A DNA stretch of 64,000 nucleotides from Octopus vulgaris (lineage: Eukaryota). Both the position numbers and the translations under genes were made by a program. The stretch spans positions 105,338,001 to 105,402,000 of the forward strand of contig OX597817.1 in assembly GCA_951406725.2 (NCBI GenBank), read 5' to 3'. Below, piece after piece: positions 50,040 through 64,000 of this stretch. Numbering within the stretch: the first letter of the stretch is position 1; each line of letters opens with the position of its first letter. The notes beneath the pieces were generated by a model, which ran no database searches, was not told the origin of the DNA, and was given only the letters and a program-made list of their open reading frames with translations.

Positions 50040-52502
50040 TATACTACATATGTGGAAATCTGTGGGTGTGTTTGTTTGTGGCGTTGTTATCTATCTCCTA
50101 CATCATTTTATCGATTTTGATGAAGCTTGACTCTTGAGTAGAACTCATGTCTGGAAAACTAGTGAATACTTAGATTGTTGAAAAAAAAAAATCGATAATA
50201 GGGCCCCTGGAAGGGATTCTTATATCTACTACATATAACTAATATATTATTTTTAAGCATCCAAGGGAAATAACCCATTCGCTCCTGAAAGGGATCCGTA
50301 TATATAGCCAAATGAAATAACCCTCTCATCTTTGTAAATTATTTCGTATAAATCAAATTGAGTATGCTTATTTCTTAGTGTTTGAATTATTAGAGTTATT
50401 TTCTCAATTTATCCAGTTCAACGCTTAAGCAAGTAAATAGTATTTTCCTAAACAATAGATCCACTTATTTCGGTTAGTAACTTATTCACGAATATACCAA
50501 CACTAGCGCCGCTGAAGGTAATATTCTCTGCGAACGCACAAAGCTTTTTTCAGAGTTATTTACTTTGAATTGTTATTATCTCATATCTGATTAGCCTTTT
50601 ATTACGTAATATGCTTCACGATTTTAGTATACATAACTTATTAGCATTTACTCCTAAGTTCTATATATACTGGCAACGTATTAAAGCCCTTTTCGGGGCT
50701 ACTTTATTTGAATTCTTACTTTCGGGTAATTAATTTCATGTTATTACATAATCGGCTTCACAATTTAGATATTCATAACTTATTGGGAATTCCTAAAAAC
50801 AAGATCCTGTGTAAGACAGTTCGGTATTGTTGTTACTGGATTAGCGAAACAATTATGTGAACAGAACCAAGGGATAAGCCCTGCTTTCCCGGGAATTACG
50901 GGGTATGTCAGCTAGTCTACAACATATGTGGAAAATCGGTGTCTGTTTATTTGTGGCGTTGTTAGCTAACTCCTCCTACATCGTTTTATTGATTTTGATG
51001 TAACTTGACACGTGAGTAGAACTCATGTCTAAAAGACTAGTGAAAACTTAGATTGTTAAAAAATCAATAATCCTGGAAGGGATCTTTATATCTACCTCAC
51101 ATAATTAATATTCTTTAAACACTCAAGGGAAATAACCCATAGCACCTGCACAATATTTTTTAAATACTCAAGGCAAATAACCCACAGCACCTGCAGTTTT
51201 TACCGAAGCGATCAGTATTTGATTCTCTCGATCAGCGGACTTAATTCTGTATTTCACTATCCACAGTTCTCAACTGCTAAACATTATTGCACTTTCTTGA
51301 TGCATGTACACTTTCAATGCCCTTAACTCTGATAATTCTGCGTTTTTCCAGTTAAAATTTTTCGATGACAAAACATAAATTTTTGATTCCAGAACGTATT
51401 TAATAAATGTGTCCCAATACAATGAACTAACACTTTGAATGCTTAAGATCCTTAAAAAAGGAAACTAAACTTCCACACCACATTCAGTTGGGACACCTTG
51501 TATTACTTATACTTATTTTACAAATCATAATATTTATTGCTTATTTACAGTTCATACAACATTTTCATGAAACTAATTGAGCCATCGAATTTAGAAATAT
51601 TTTACAGGTTTCATTGTTTATGTTCGATTACTTTGAATATTGATTTTTGTGTGTGTCTAATTTCTAATTTTTGCAGGCAATATCACTTTTATACTTTATT
51701 TGACACGTGAGTAGAACTCATGTCTGGAAAACTCGTGACATACTTAGATTGTTGAAAAAAAAACGATAATAGAGCCCGCGCCTCCAATGGATCCTTCTAT
51801 CTACTACATATTACCAATATTTTATTTATATAACCCAAGGGAAATAGTCTATACCACCTGCAGTTTTTAGCGAAGCGATCAATATTTGATTCTCACGATC
51901 AGCTGACTTAATTCTGCATTTCACTACTCACAGTTTTGAACTGCTAAACATTATTATTGCACTTCCTTGATTTGAATCTTAAGCCTTAAAGACTTCATTC
52001 ATACATTTCTCATGGGCAGCTCTATGTCGGATGCTCTAGAGTTGGAAATCCAGAAAATTTATTCATCTATGCAAAACCAAAAACATTGCGTATCATGAAG
52101 CCCTGCAAGACTGAAATTTTGGAGCAAAGATGACTCTCCCTCCGACAGCCTCTCTCGCCATTCTACGATAACCTCCCTCGCCAACCTCCGAAAACCTCTC
52201 TCGACAACCTCCAACAATCTCTCTCGCAAACCTCTAACAACCTCTCTTGCCAACCTCTGACAACCTCTCTCGCCAACCTACAAAAACCTCTCTCAACAAC
52301 CTCCGACAACCTCTCTCGGCAACCTCTGACGACCTCTCTTGCTAACCTCCGACAACCTCTCTCGCCAACCTCCAACAATCTCTCCCTCCTCCAGCTGACA
52401 GTTTTTTGTACTTTTTCACGACGGAAAATACACATTTTGTGGCAGTTATAACGTAATTGCTTTCTTATATCAGAGTAATAAGGCGTTTCAATTACCAGCT
52501 AG
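50040..52502 (+). mobile_element. Tandem non-autonomous Helitron-like units (50040-50915, 50916-52502)
   Basis: 5' block repeated at 50040 and 50916 (partially at ~51700); a GC-rich hairpin-like motif then CTAG|TC at the 50915/50916 junction; final CTAG|T at 52502. Confidence 0.65.
52135..52395. repeat. ~11/22-bp minisatellite (caacctctctcg/caacctccga)
   Basis: Repeats visible directly. Confidence 0.85.
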
Positions 52503-53974
52503 TATATATATATATATATATATATATTGATAGAAATGGCAAGACAACAAATGAATGAAAGAGACCTCGATATTATGTAAATAGAGGAATTTATATATAT
52601 ATATCAGATTTTACTTGAAGTCAATATGTCATAGATGTTCAGAAAAAAATTTCGTAATACTGAAGGGGGTGTGTAATGGGATATAATGTCTTCAAAGTTT
52701 GGCACAAGACCAGCAATTTCAAGGGAGGGAGCAAGTCGGTTACATCGACCTCATTGCATGACTAGTACTTATTTAACAACCCCGAAAGGACGAAAGGCAA
52801 AGATGACCTCGGCAGAATCTGAACTTAGAATGTAAAGCCGGATGAAATGCTGCAAAGCATTTTGTCCGGCGTGCTAACGATTTTACCAGCTCGTCGCCCT
52901 CGGTAATGAGAAATAATGAAAACAATCAAAATTGGAAAATGAAATTACTATAAGTGTTTCTAATTTAGGCATAAAAACAGAAATTTCCAAGTAAAGTGTT
53001 TAGTCGATGGTATGGATACCACTACTTTATTGCTATTTTATTTTTTCGACTACAGAAGGGAGAAAACCAAGTTAACCCCAGCAGGATTTGAACTCAGAGT
53101 GTAGATAGCCCAAAGAAATACCGATCCTCGAACGATTCTGCCAACCCACCACCCTAATGAGACTTACAATAATGGTTTCAAATTTAGGCACAAGGCCAGC
53201 AAGTTCGTGGTGGAGAGTAAATCGATTACATCAGCACCCCAGTACTCGACTCATCCTTATTTTATCGACCCCGAAAGGCTGAAAAGCAAAGTCGACCTCA
53301 GTGGAATTTGAACTCAGAGTGTGAAGACGGACGAAATGCCGCTGAGCATTTTACCCGGCGTGCTAACGATTCTGCCAGTTCGCCGCCGCCTTAATGAAAT
53401 TAATGATAATGGCATTACTAATTGATATGGTTATCTTATTGTTTTAGGTACAGGTAAGTGCCGGATTGAAAATGGAAAAAAAAGAAAAAAAGAAAAGAAA
53501 GAAACCGGCAATGTTCAAAAATAGATTTGATTATTCTGTGCATGCGAAGAGAAATTTATGAATAGATTTCAGTGACTGCGGCCAATAACATCGTTTAGTT
53601 AACTTAGTCTTGTAGAAAAGATAACTTTCCTTATAAAAAAAAACAAAACATACATGTTAAAATAATTACTCCATTCATAAACTTACAAATTTCTCTTCCA
53701 TAAACTTTCAAATAAAATTTTTGTTTACTTTTTCAAATGAATTGTCATTTTGGAGTTAATTTTATTGTGGATCTATTTCTTTTTCTTTATTTTCCTCAAA
53801 TAAGAACTGTCTTATTTTCTACAATGCAACCACTATACATTAACAATCTAAGGTTGCTGAGAAATGAAAATAGAAATCTAACAATCTTATTCGTTTCACT
53901 TCCATTGGATAACCATGGCTATTTTTGCATGTTCCCGTCTTCTTTTTCATTCATTTTCAAAATCCCACTTGACA

Positions 53975-54700
53975 TATCGAGGGTCTCTGGAATAACGTTA
54001 CTTTACATGGAGCGTAGCTCGGAGACTAAGGTGTCCCTTCAAGCCGAGTCGCTACTTCTCCGCATTGAGTGAGCACAGCTCCGGTATTATGGACATGTGA
54101 TTAGAATGTCGCAGAAAAGAATCGCAAGACGGATTCTTTAAGCCGAAACAATTGGCAGGAGACATAGGGGTAGACCAAGAACAAGATGGTTGGACAAGAA
54201 GCTTGCTTCTCAACCATATGGTTCCGGGTTCAGTCCCATTGCGTGGTACCTTGGGCAATTGTTTTCTACCATAGCCTCGGGCCGACCAAAGCTTTGTGAG
54301 TGGATTTGGCTGACGGAAACTGAAAAAGCCCGTCGTATATATATACGTGCGTGTGTGTGTGTGTGTGTTTGCTCCCTCATACTGTTTGACAACTGTTGTT
54401 GGTGTGTTTACTTCCCCATAATTTAGTGGTTTGGTAAAAGCGACAAATAGAATAAGTACGAGGCTTACAAAAAATAAAGTCCTGGGGTCGATTTGTTCGA
54501 CTAAAACCTTTCAAGGTGGTGCTCCAGCATGGCCGCAGTCAAATGACTGAAACAAGTAAAAGGATAAAGGAATAGTCTAAGTTCATGATGCTTGGGAATG
54601 CAGCCGAAAGGTTAATGACGGTTGCTGTTGAAAAGATCCTATGGAGGAGGTGCCTGAGGATTCTAATCCCACAACCCTCCCAGGAGTAGTGAGCAGACAT
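53975..54700 (+). mobile_element. RTE-clade LINE 3' fragment interrupted by a SINE (54188-54567)
   Basis: QLRYYGHVIRM and GRRHRGRPRTRW motifs. Confidence 0.8.
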
Positions 54701-57700
54701 GATGGAGAAGTGGATGTGATTTATTTGGAATTATGAATATTGTTAGTGAAACCATGTTCCCATTAACTAGCGTTCACATCAATGTGTTTGAAAATAAGAG
54801 GTAAAATTATAAATAATATTTTGAAATTGCATAGTGTACAAACAAAGAAACAGTGATCTAGACGGCATCTATTAAGCTGAAGATAAGAAACTACTTCCAG
54901 CTGTATAAACATATGTGTCTGTTTATAAGCATTATTTTTTCGTAGTTGACAGTAGTTTCGTTTCCTCTGTTTCTAAATTTCTCGATTGGCTAATGAATAA
55001 ACTAGGTACTCTCCGTGCTAATTCTAATACTTATTTTAGGATGAGACACCGATATTACGAAAGTACTTGCCTATTGCTTATTGTATGTCATATTTTATGT
55101 TTTATCTGCTTTATTATTAGACTGCGGCCATGTTGGGGCACCACCTTGAAGAATCGACTAAGTTGAATGAATCGACCCCAGTATTTATTTTTTTAAAGCT
55201 TGATAGTTATTATATCGGTTACTTTTACCGAACACATAAGTTATGGGGATATAAACAAGCCAACACCGGTTGTCAAGCGGTGATGGACAGACACACACAC
55301 ACAACGAGCTTCTGCCAGTTTCCGGCTGTCAAATCCATTTGCAAGTCTTTGATTGGCCGAAAGCTATAGTAGAAGACACTTATTTACCCAAGGTGTCACA
55401 CAGTGGGACTGAATCTGGAACAATGTGGTTGAGAAGCAAACTTCTTGCTACACTGCGCCTATTTATTTTATTTTATTTTATTTTATCTAGTTTCAGCTCA
55501 CGAGCTGTGGCCATGCTGGGGCACCGCCATTTGTGGACTTTTTACACGTCAAAAATAAAAAAAAATTTCTTCACTTAACTCTTCTTCCATAATTTATATT
55601 ACAAACCATTTTGGACAATGTCTCGTAGGTTGAGGGTCACTACTTTAAGTGATGTTTCAGCAGTGAATAGAAAAATGTCATTTTATTTACCGTAAATAAT
55701 ATTGCTTAAAGATTTGGGGACCAGGTCAGCACGACCCCGGTGACCAATTGGTACTTATTTTATCGAACCCGAAAGGATAAAAGGCAAAGTCAACATCAGC
55801 GGAACTAGAACTCGGATCGATAACGCTAAGCATTTTGGTAGGAGTGCGAACGATTCTGTCAGCTGGTCACCTTAATACCGTAAACAATATTAAAAGTAAT
55901 TAAACAAATATTTTAAGTCACTTATTAGCTGAAAATACACGAGTTTAATACAATGAGAACATAACTTATATCTATCACACGTAAGTGTAAAAATCTTATG
56001 CTTTATCTAATATATCACATAAACAATGGAAAATGAACAACATAAGATCACTTATTCACTGAAGTCTACCAGTGACTTTTACTGCGACTTTGTATATTGG
56101 ATTTGTTTCAGTTGATTAGTTACAAGATGCACGATCAGCTCAGTGTGTACCTAACAAATATTTCAATAGTCTGCCGGGCTTTCGTTTGCTTCTAGGGTTT
56201 GGAATGAATTACGTGCAATCATTTAAATGTATTCTTCGCCTCGCAGCTAAGCGATTCCATAATGGTCAGTATCATCGAGTGTTCCATCTCGCGCGACGCA
56301 GCAATAGCAGCAACACTCGGTATTCTTTTATTCTATCCCAAAGTTATAGCACCTTCTATCTTTCTTATTTCGATAAAATAAAGTGCCAATTGACTGTTCC
56401 CAGCCACAAACATTTGAAGTTTTGTTCCTATGCTGGGAATCAATATTATCAACGCTAGTAAAGCAATGAATAAATGTCTTACGGTTTTATTTACATCCCG
56501 TTACATTTTGGTTAGAAACCTTGCCTCTCCTCCCTCTGGAATCTATAAAATATGTACTAGTGAGTCATATACCGAGTCGATTCAACCAACTGAGACTCCA
56601 CCTCTACCCATACACAAAGCGGTATTGGGTTAATGAAAGAAATCAATATTGTCAGTGTCGTAGTGGCAAATTGTAGAACTGTGGAAATAAATTCTTGAGT
56701 GGAGTCTGTGACACGATTCCGATTCCAATTGAAAACCATTTCAGTATTAAGTCTCGACCAAGCGGCGGGCTGGCAGAATCTTTAGCATATCGGACAAAAA
56801 ATACTTAGTGGCATTTCGTCCGTCTTTACGTTCTGGGTTCAAATTCTGGCGAGGTCGGCTTTGCTTTTCATATTTTTGGTCGATTTAATCAACATAACCT
56901 CTCACCGAAATTGTTGATAAGGCTAAAGATCTCGTTTAAACTCCTCTTAAAATATGAAGTTTAATGTTTACTAGAAAGGAACTAATATTTTCTGTTCTGT
57001 AAGAGCAATAGACAACGGAGCAAAATTCCTTACTGTATTTAGTTGCGTCCTTCCACATTCTAAGTTTAACTTTAATCGAAGCTTCGTTTGTCTTTCATCT
57101 CTCCGAAGGGCAACTAAATAAGTAACAGTAAAATTTTAGAGTCGGTTCAATTAATATCTCCTTCTCTCTGCAAACACCAATAGCATCACTATATTATTTC
57201 GATGTTCATAAATAACCTCACATTCATAATTTCATTGAACTATCATAATTATTTTATTACATTAATACGTCTCTTAAAACGGCAATGCTTATTTCAATAA
57301 CCATTTCAAATAACCTACTTTACACTTTCAACACTTCTTTATAACTAAATCAATCGTTTTAAAATTGTCTGCCAATAAATTTTAGTAAATCTGTGATATG
57401 GTGTAGGAAAATTTTAGACTTCATGAGTAGCAAGACTCCATGAAAAAATATCGGCTACATTTCACTCACATTACTCCGAAGTAATAAATGCTGCAAACGT
57501 GAAATTACATAATTTATAATCTAATATGTTACATGCGTTGTCTTCTTAAACACGCCATATTTATTGATTTTAATGTAGAAAGAGAGCAAGTATGGCTGAT
57601 CGATAAGGTACATGTTCTGTCATTAGACACTGCCCTACGATTATGTTACAAGTCTCATATAGTCTAACCTACCTACAATGTAAATAAATACAGTAGGGTA

Positions 57701-58909
57701 GAAACGTCTCACTGATACATGCTGCAGTTACATTGTAAAATTTGTAAGAGTATAAGTAGTAGACTTGTAACGTCTAATTCAATTCCTCCCGAGGAGAATG
57801 TTACCAGCGATAGATTTTCTAATGATTTGTCTCAAATCCGAATAACACTATATAAGCACGGGAGTGGTATCAAACTGAAAGGCGGATGTCATTAAAAATA
57901 ATGTTGGAGTAATAAAAAAAAAATGTCATTTGTTCCAACAATTCCTGTAATTTCATCAGATCTACTTGAATTTTAAAATTTCATAGTATTTGCTGTAAGG
58001 TTGAAATTTACCATGTAAATTAGTCTCTGAAATGATTGGATAAAAAAAAAAACTAGAGACATCCTGCTTCTGTCAGTGTGAACTGTATGTGAGAAATATT
58101 CACGAGGAAAGACGGAAAAATAATTTGTATATATTTTGCTCAGACTACAGGATAAATAAAACCTATTTTTATAGAAAATCTTTGTGTCAACATTTCATTT
58201 TGCCTGAAAAATATTCTCACTACTTAAGTGCTTCTTTGCCGAGTCTGTAGGACTGAGGCCAGCTCAAACTAAAAATTACATTTTCCTTTTTGCAAACTGA
58301 CATAACCTAGTTTTTTTATTTTAATCATTCGCAAATAGAAATAATATCAGTAGTAATGTATTAAACCTGTTCAGTTTCAATATTGAAATGTCGTTGGTGG
58401 TGGTGTTATTTAGCCACAAGTCGGCTCTGATCAAGCAAATTTATGATCAAAAGCTTTCCAGCCGCAACTATCCTGTCAGGCAGTGTTCTTCCTTTTTTCA
58501 TTAAGACAAGATAAATTTGACTGCTATTTCTAGCAGATATATTTCGTAACGGCTGCTGTGATTTGGAATATACGTGGTTCAATTCCTGCTAGAAACATTT
58601 TTTAAAAATTACATTCATATTTATTTGGAATTATTTTTGCTGAAAGTATAAAACAGAGCTGAAATGTTTTAAAAATATTAAACTAAAATTATCTAATTCT
58701 ATCCTTGTTTTGTGTCCATAGAATACATGATACTATACAATTGAGTGACAATGAGGTCAAAATACTGAATGAAAGAATGGATAAATGTAATATGTATCCC
58801 AAAACCTACTGATATTGTTCTATTCTGGTCGAATCATAATATATGAGCAGATGTCAATAGCTGTTGTTCGTTAGCAACACAACACGAACAATTTCGCAAA
58901 TGCTCTTCG

Positions 58910-58952
<43 letters not shown>

Positions 58953-60791
58953 TATACATACATATATATATACATACATACATACATACATACATACATA
59001 CATACATACATACATACATACATACATACATACATACATACATACATACATACATACATACATACATACAATAAATAAATAAATAAATAAATAAATAAAG
59101 GTATTTTAAGCGGAACATCAAGCTTTATTATTCTGTTCCGGTTAATTGTAAAATAAATGTCTAATTAAACCTTAAAAAAATAAGAATAATACAGGTATTA
59201 AACAAGTGTATAGTAATATATATCAGCCTATATAGTCGTTTCAACGAAGAAAATTGCTTCAGGTTGATGTCTTCGGGATAAATCATATTATTTGTACAAT
59301 TGATTGATTTCTAGGTACAACAACGATATAAAACCAATCTTAGTATTCTCAGGATGCAAGTGTAGTTGTGTGTAATTGATTTCCCGGTTGGGCAGTTGTA
59401 GAGTGAATCGATTATTTAACAGCATTGACGCTAAAACTGCAGATATCAATATTCTGTGTGCATTATCCACTTTATACGGCAAACAGTGTAAGAAATGTTG
59501 ATATCAAATGTTAATATTAGCTTGCATTGATATTCTGATATAGCTGTAGTAGATAGATATAGTAGTATTTCGTACATTGACAGTTTAAGCTAAACAACAC
59601 AAGCCGTCGAAAAGAGGACGTCATCCTGTGTCTTTTTAATATTTGATCGCTTTTCAAACATCCCCACCGCACATTAAACAGTATTTTCTTTCTAAGCTTC
59701 ATAGACACACTTACACTCACAACTGTTTGCACGTCAGTTTATATATATTTTTTTCAAGCACATCCTTTCTTTTTGTTTTTTTTTATTACCTCCTCTTTTA
59801 TGTGTTCCAGTCATTAGTCTGCGGTCATGCTGGAGTACCGCCTTGGCGAATATTTAATCGAATGAATCGATGGAAGAATTGTTTTTTTTTTTTTATATAT
59901 TTTAAGTCTGGTAATTATTCTGTCGATTCTTTTTTACCGAACCGCTATCTTACTGAAGCGTAAACACACCAGCAACTGTTGTCAAGTAGTGGTGGGGGAT
60001 AAATACAGACACAGACACACGCGCACACATACATACATACATACATACATACATACATACATACATACATACATACATACATTCGGCTTGTGGCGATAGT
60101 AAAAGTCACTTGCCCAAAGTGGCACACAGTGAAACTGAACCCGAAACCATGTGGTTGGAAAGCAAGCTTCTAACCACACATTCATTGGTTTCAAATTTTG
60201 GCACAAGGTAAGCAATTTCGAGTGAGTGGGTAAGCCGATTATATTGGTCCAGTATTCAGCTGATACTTATTTTATCGACCCCGAAAAGATGGAGGGCAAA
60301 GTCGACCTCGGCGGAATTTAAACTCAGAACGTAAAGATATAAGAAATGCCTCTAAGCATTTTGTCCGACGCACTAACGATTCTGCCAGCTAACTGCTCTC
60401 TTCTGTAAATAATTGTTTCCAATTTAGGCACAAGACCAGCAATTTAGAGAGAATGGGATTAGTCGATAGCATCGACTGGACCACTTAACAGGTACTTCTT
60501 TTTAAGGAGCTCGAAATGATGAACTAAATATGATGATATATATATATATGTATACATACAAACGTACGTGTGTGTGTTGTTTGTCATCCCCACGTCTGAT
60601 AACCGGTGTTGGTTAGTTGACATCCCACGTAACTTAGCGGTTCGACAAAAATAACCAATACGATAAAGTATCTATCTCACTAACAAATAAGATCAATTTG
60701 TTCGAATAAACCCTTCAAGGCAGCGCCCTAGCAAGGCCGCAGTCGAATGATTAGATTAAAAGAAGATTGAAAGTGAAAGAAGATTAAAAGA

Positions 60792-60840
<49 letters not shown>

Positions 60841-60882
60841 TGTATGTATGTATGTATGTATAAAGATATATATATATATATA

Positions 60883-61155
60883 CAGGGGTTTGGACAAAAT
60901 AATGGAAACGCCTTAAAATTTCAAACAAATTTATTTTAATGTGGGGTAGGACCGCTTTGGCAGTAATTACAGCTTCAATTCTACGAGGTATGGACTCGTA
61001 CAAAGTTTGAATTATTTCCAAAGGAATTTGTGTCCATTCTTCAGCTAAAACAGTTTTCAGTTCTTGTAGTGATGATGGTGGAGGATATCGATTCCTTACT
61101 TGTTTTTCTAAAATGCACCACAAATGTTCAATAATATTGAGATCTTGGGTCTGTA
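60883..61155 (-). mobile_element. Tc1 transposon 3' fragment with TIR
   Basis: DLNIIEHLWCILEKQVRNR...LAEEWTQIP...ESIPRRIEAVITAK; terminus TA-caggggtttggacaaaataatggaaac. Confidence 0.85.
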
Positions 61156-61169
61156 GTATTTTTGTTTAT

Positions 61170-61800
61170 ATGTTGTTGGCACCAAACGCACGGCTCCAAA
61201 CCACCAAATGCTTTTGCTGCCCTTTGAATTCGCAGGTGTATTTCTTATCAAGATTTCCATAATTTGAACAGAGCTTCCAAGGTAGACGAACGAATCGACA
61301 ACCTCAAGTAACTTTCCCTTAACAAAAATTTTAGTGGGGGTTACAAACAGCACCACACGCAGGTTGATGCATTACAACTGTTTTTGTTTTTTTTTCAAGT
61401 TGATGGTCAAGCCAAAATCATCACAAGCCGAGTCAAATGCAGATACAAGAGATTGCAGACCTGTTTCATAATGACTGACAAGATCGCAATCGTCAGCGTA
61501 CATAAGTTCCCTAGTGAGTGAAGTAAAAACCTTCGTTTTGAATTTCAGTCTGGTCAGATTAAAAACATTCCCTGTTGTTCGATATTTTATGTAAATACTC
61601 TCCTCAGAGTTTTGTAAAGCATGTGGCAACACAACAGCAAAGTATATTGCAAAGAGGGTGGGTGCATCAGGGTCTGTGGAAAATGGAGTAAAGCAAGGGC
61701 TTTACTCCATTTTCCACTGTGAAAGATTCAGAGAGCCTACCACCAAAATTAACTCTAGCTTTCATATCTTGATGCAAAGCCCTGATCATGTTTACAAATT
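61170..61800 (-). mobile_element. RTE-clade LINE reverse transcriptase fragment
   Basis: FTVENGVK, PTLFAIYF, ELMYADDCDL, FGLTINLKK, LEVVDSFVYLGS. Confidence 0.88.
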
Positions 61801-62525
61801 TAATTTTTTTGGTGGGGGCAACCTATTTTCCTTACATACATACGTACATACATACATCCATCCATCCATCCATCCATCCATACATACATACATACATACA
61901 TACATACATACATACATACATACATACATACATACATACATACATACATACATACATACATCCTTTCTAATTTCGCCCTATGTTTTGTTCGTCTTAACCT
62001 CACGAACTAATGTTCCGTTCCATTTTGTGTATTTGTTGTCATCCTGTCTGGACACCAAACTCCGGTGACGCTACGGTATGTACGCATTTCTGTTAATTGA
62101 TACACCGAAATAACCTTGAGAAAGTGTGATGACCTTGTTTGCACTTTTCACAGTGCTTTATCTGTTTTCCGTGCTTAATTTTTCTTCTCTTTAATGGTAA
62201 CGCCATGTAATATTTTTTTCATTGTACTTTTGCTTTCAGCAACCACATCCTTTGTCTCTCTTTCTCTTCCTCCCTCTTTCTCCTTCTCTCTCCCCTCTCT
62301 CTCTAGCACTTTCCCGTCTTACCCTTTCACGCTCCAATCTATTCTCCCCTTCCATTTCTCTATTCGATTGCAACCTTGCCACAATACCTTTACGTCTTCA
62401 TATGATTCTAATCCCATTGCCCAGCCTTCTTCGTTCATTTTGTTCTCTGAACTGCTCCAGATTATTTCCCTCTTTCTCTCTTTCGCTTTCTCTCTCACTC
62501 TCGCTGTCTTTCCCTTTCTCTCCAC

Positions 62526-62595
<70 letters not shown>

Positions 62596-63199
62596 GGTTA
62601 GCTAGCTACCTATCTCACCCCCTCTCTTTTTCTATCTATTTATCTATCTATCATGCTCTCTCTCTCTCTTTCTTTCTTTCTTTGTTGGAGGGCTAACTCC
62701 CAGCTACCCACTCATTTTCTCTTAGCGTTACACTTCGCACAGTCGTCACTAGTTAATCTTTTTATCTCTGTTTTGTTCATCCTAACCTAATATTTCGTTT
62801 AATTTTGCACATTTGTCGTTCAATCTCGACATCGAAACTCAGTAGCGCTGAGGTAAGTGTGCAATTCAGATGATAAGTGCACCGAAATTGCTTTCATCTT
62901 CAGTCTACGGTCGATGAAAGAGCATGGTAAATTTATATTATTGCATATATATATATTATGATAAATAATTATTCGTTAAAAATCTGCAATTCACTCCGAC
63001 GCAACTTGAATCTTTTCACTATCTGTGATCATTCTGGAGACATCTTTTTTGTTGACTGAAAGATCATACGTAGCGAGAAAGCCTGAGCAGCAGCAGAATG
63101 GATCATCAGAGTTTTTCAGATTAAATGAATTTTTCTATATGTATTGAATAGCATTTCTGTTGTTTGAAATCTCAACTGTTCGCCTCCCCCTCCCCCCCC

Positions 63200-63284
<85 letters not shown>

Positions 63285-64000
63285 GATCGATCAATCTATC
63301 TTATGCATATATGTGTGTATGCGTAATTCAATACTAATAGTAATGCATAAATTCCTACTAATCAATTAAAGATTTTAACACTATAATTGATTAACTATAT
63401 GTATTAATTATAAAGCTTTTGTTATATTTTGATGTAGCATAGCCGAATGATTGGAATCTTCGCTTTGCAATCATGAGGTCGACGCTTCGTTCTTACTGTG
63501 GGGCAGCTTGAACAAGCATCTTTTACTGTAGCCATGGGTTGATCAAAGCCTTCTATGTGAAATTGTGCTGACGCAAAGTGAGTGGAGAGCCGTTGGATAG
63601 ATTGTACTTATAATTCAAAGTTACAGTCTTGTCATATACTGATGGTCACTTTAATGGTACACGTGTATGCGGAATACTTGGTTACTTATACGATTATTTC
63701 AATGAGCAGATAGTTCAATATGATAGTAGATAGTTCAGACAGTGTACGCGTGCGTGTGATTGTCTTCCACCACTGCACGACAAGTGGCATTGGTTTACTT
63801 ACGTCCCCGTAACTTAGCAGATCGGGAAAAGGAGGCCGATAGAATAATTACTGGGGTCGATTTGTTCGACTAAATTCTTCGAGGTAGTGCCCAACATGGC
63901 CGCAGTCCGGAGACTGAAATTAGTAAAAGATTAAAAATGAAAGATAAGCTTATATAGATCTCTATTAGCTCTGGTTTTTCTTTACCGGAAACACTGAGAA

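Noticed and set aside
52135-52435. Regular repeats and Arg/Glu-rich ORFs (CRISPR- or protein-like)
   Set aside because: Contiguous minisatellite without unique spacers or cas genes, in eukaryotic context.
56186-56739. Non-repetitive stretch with short ORFs as a possible host exon
   Set aside because: No recognisable protein motif or convincing splice-bounded frame.
59228-59282. CCGAAGA...GAAAC on the minus strand
   Set aside because: Stem I does not pair; likely chance or heavily decayed.
62060-62135. cacc-GAAA...GTGATGAcc (similar block at ~1519-1565)
   Set aside because: G3 without C8 and no consistent stems; GTGATGA alone does not support a C/D snoRNA either.
62855-62930. gcaaT-t...gcacc-GAA-Attgc...TCGATGA, resembling the inverted-order motif
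   Set aside because: Stem III fits, but the core is degenerate and no stem I forms in register.

Overview
Eukaryotic, AT-rich, microsatellite-dense intergenic or intronic DNA. The SINE set and repeat landscape suggest octopus/cephalopod (inference). No host protein-coding exon could be supported, and nearly all ORFs in the supplied track are translated microsatellites. The window is a patchwork of transposable elements: a nearly complete Penelope-like element (RT + GIY-YIG, 28491-32357) plus many truncated copies and solo pseudo-LTRs, mariner, Tc1, MULE/FLYWCH, hAT, Helitron-like, Dong/R4, CR1 and RTE remnants, MITEs and dozens of tRNA-derived SINEs. The main signal is non-coding: about 20 hammerhead-ribozyme-like motifs, folded by eye. 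They include compensatory core variants (C3-G8, U3-A8, G3-C8), a 359-nt tandem retrozyme-like unit, and two fold-back elements carrying a ribozyme on each strand. Most unusual is a motif seen in three sequence-divergent repeat families in which the three hammerhead strands occur in the opposite, pseudoknotted order (cleavage strand -> GAAA strand -> CUGANGA strand), an arrangement that does not match types I, II or III. No ribozyme activity can be shown from sequence alone.
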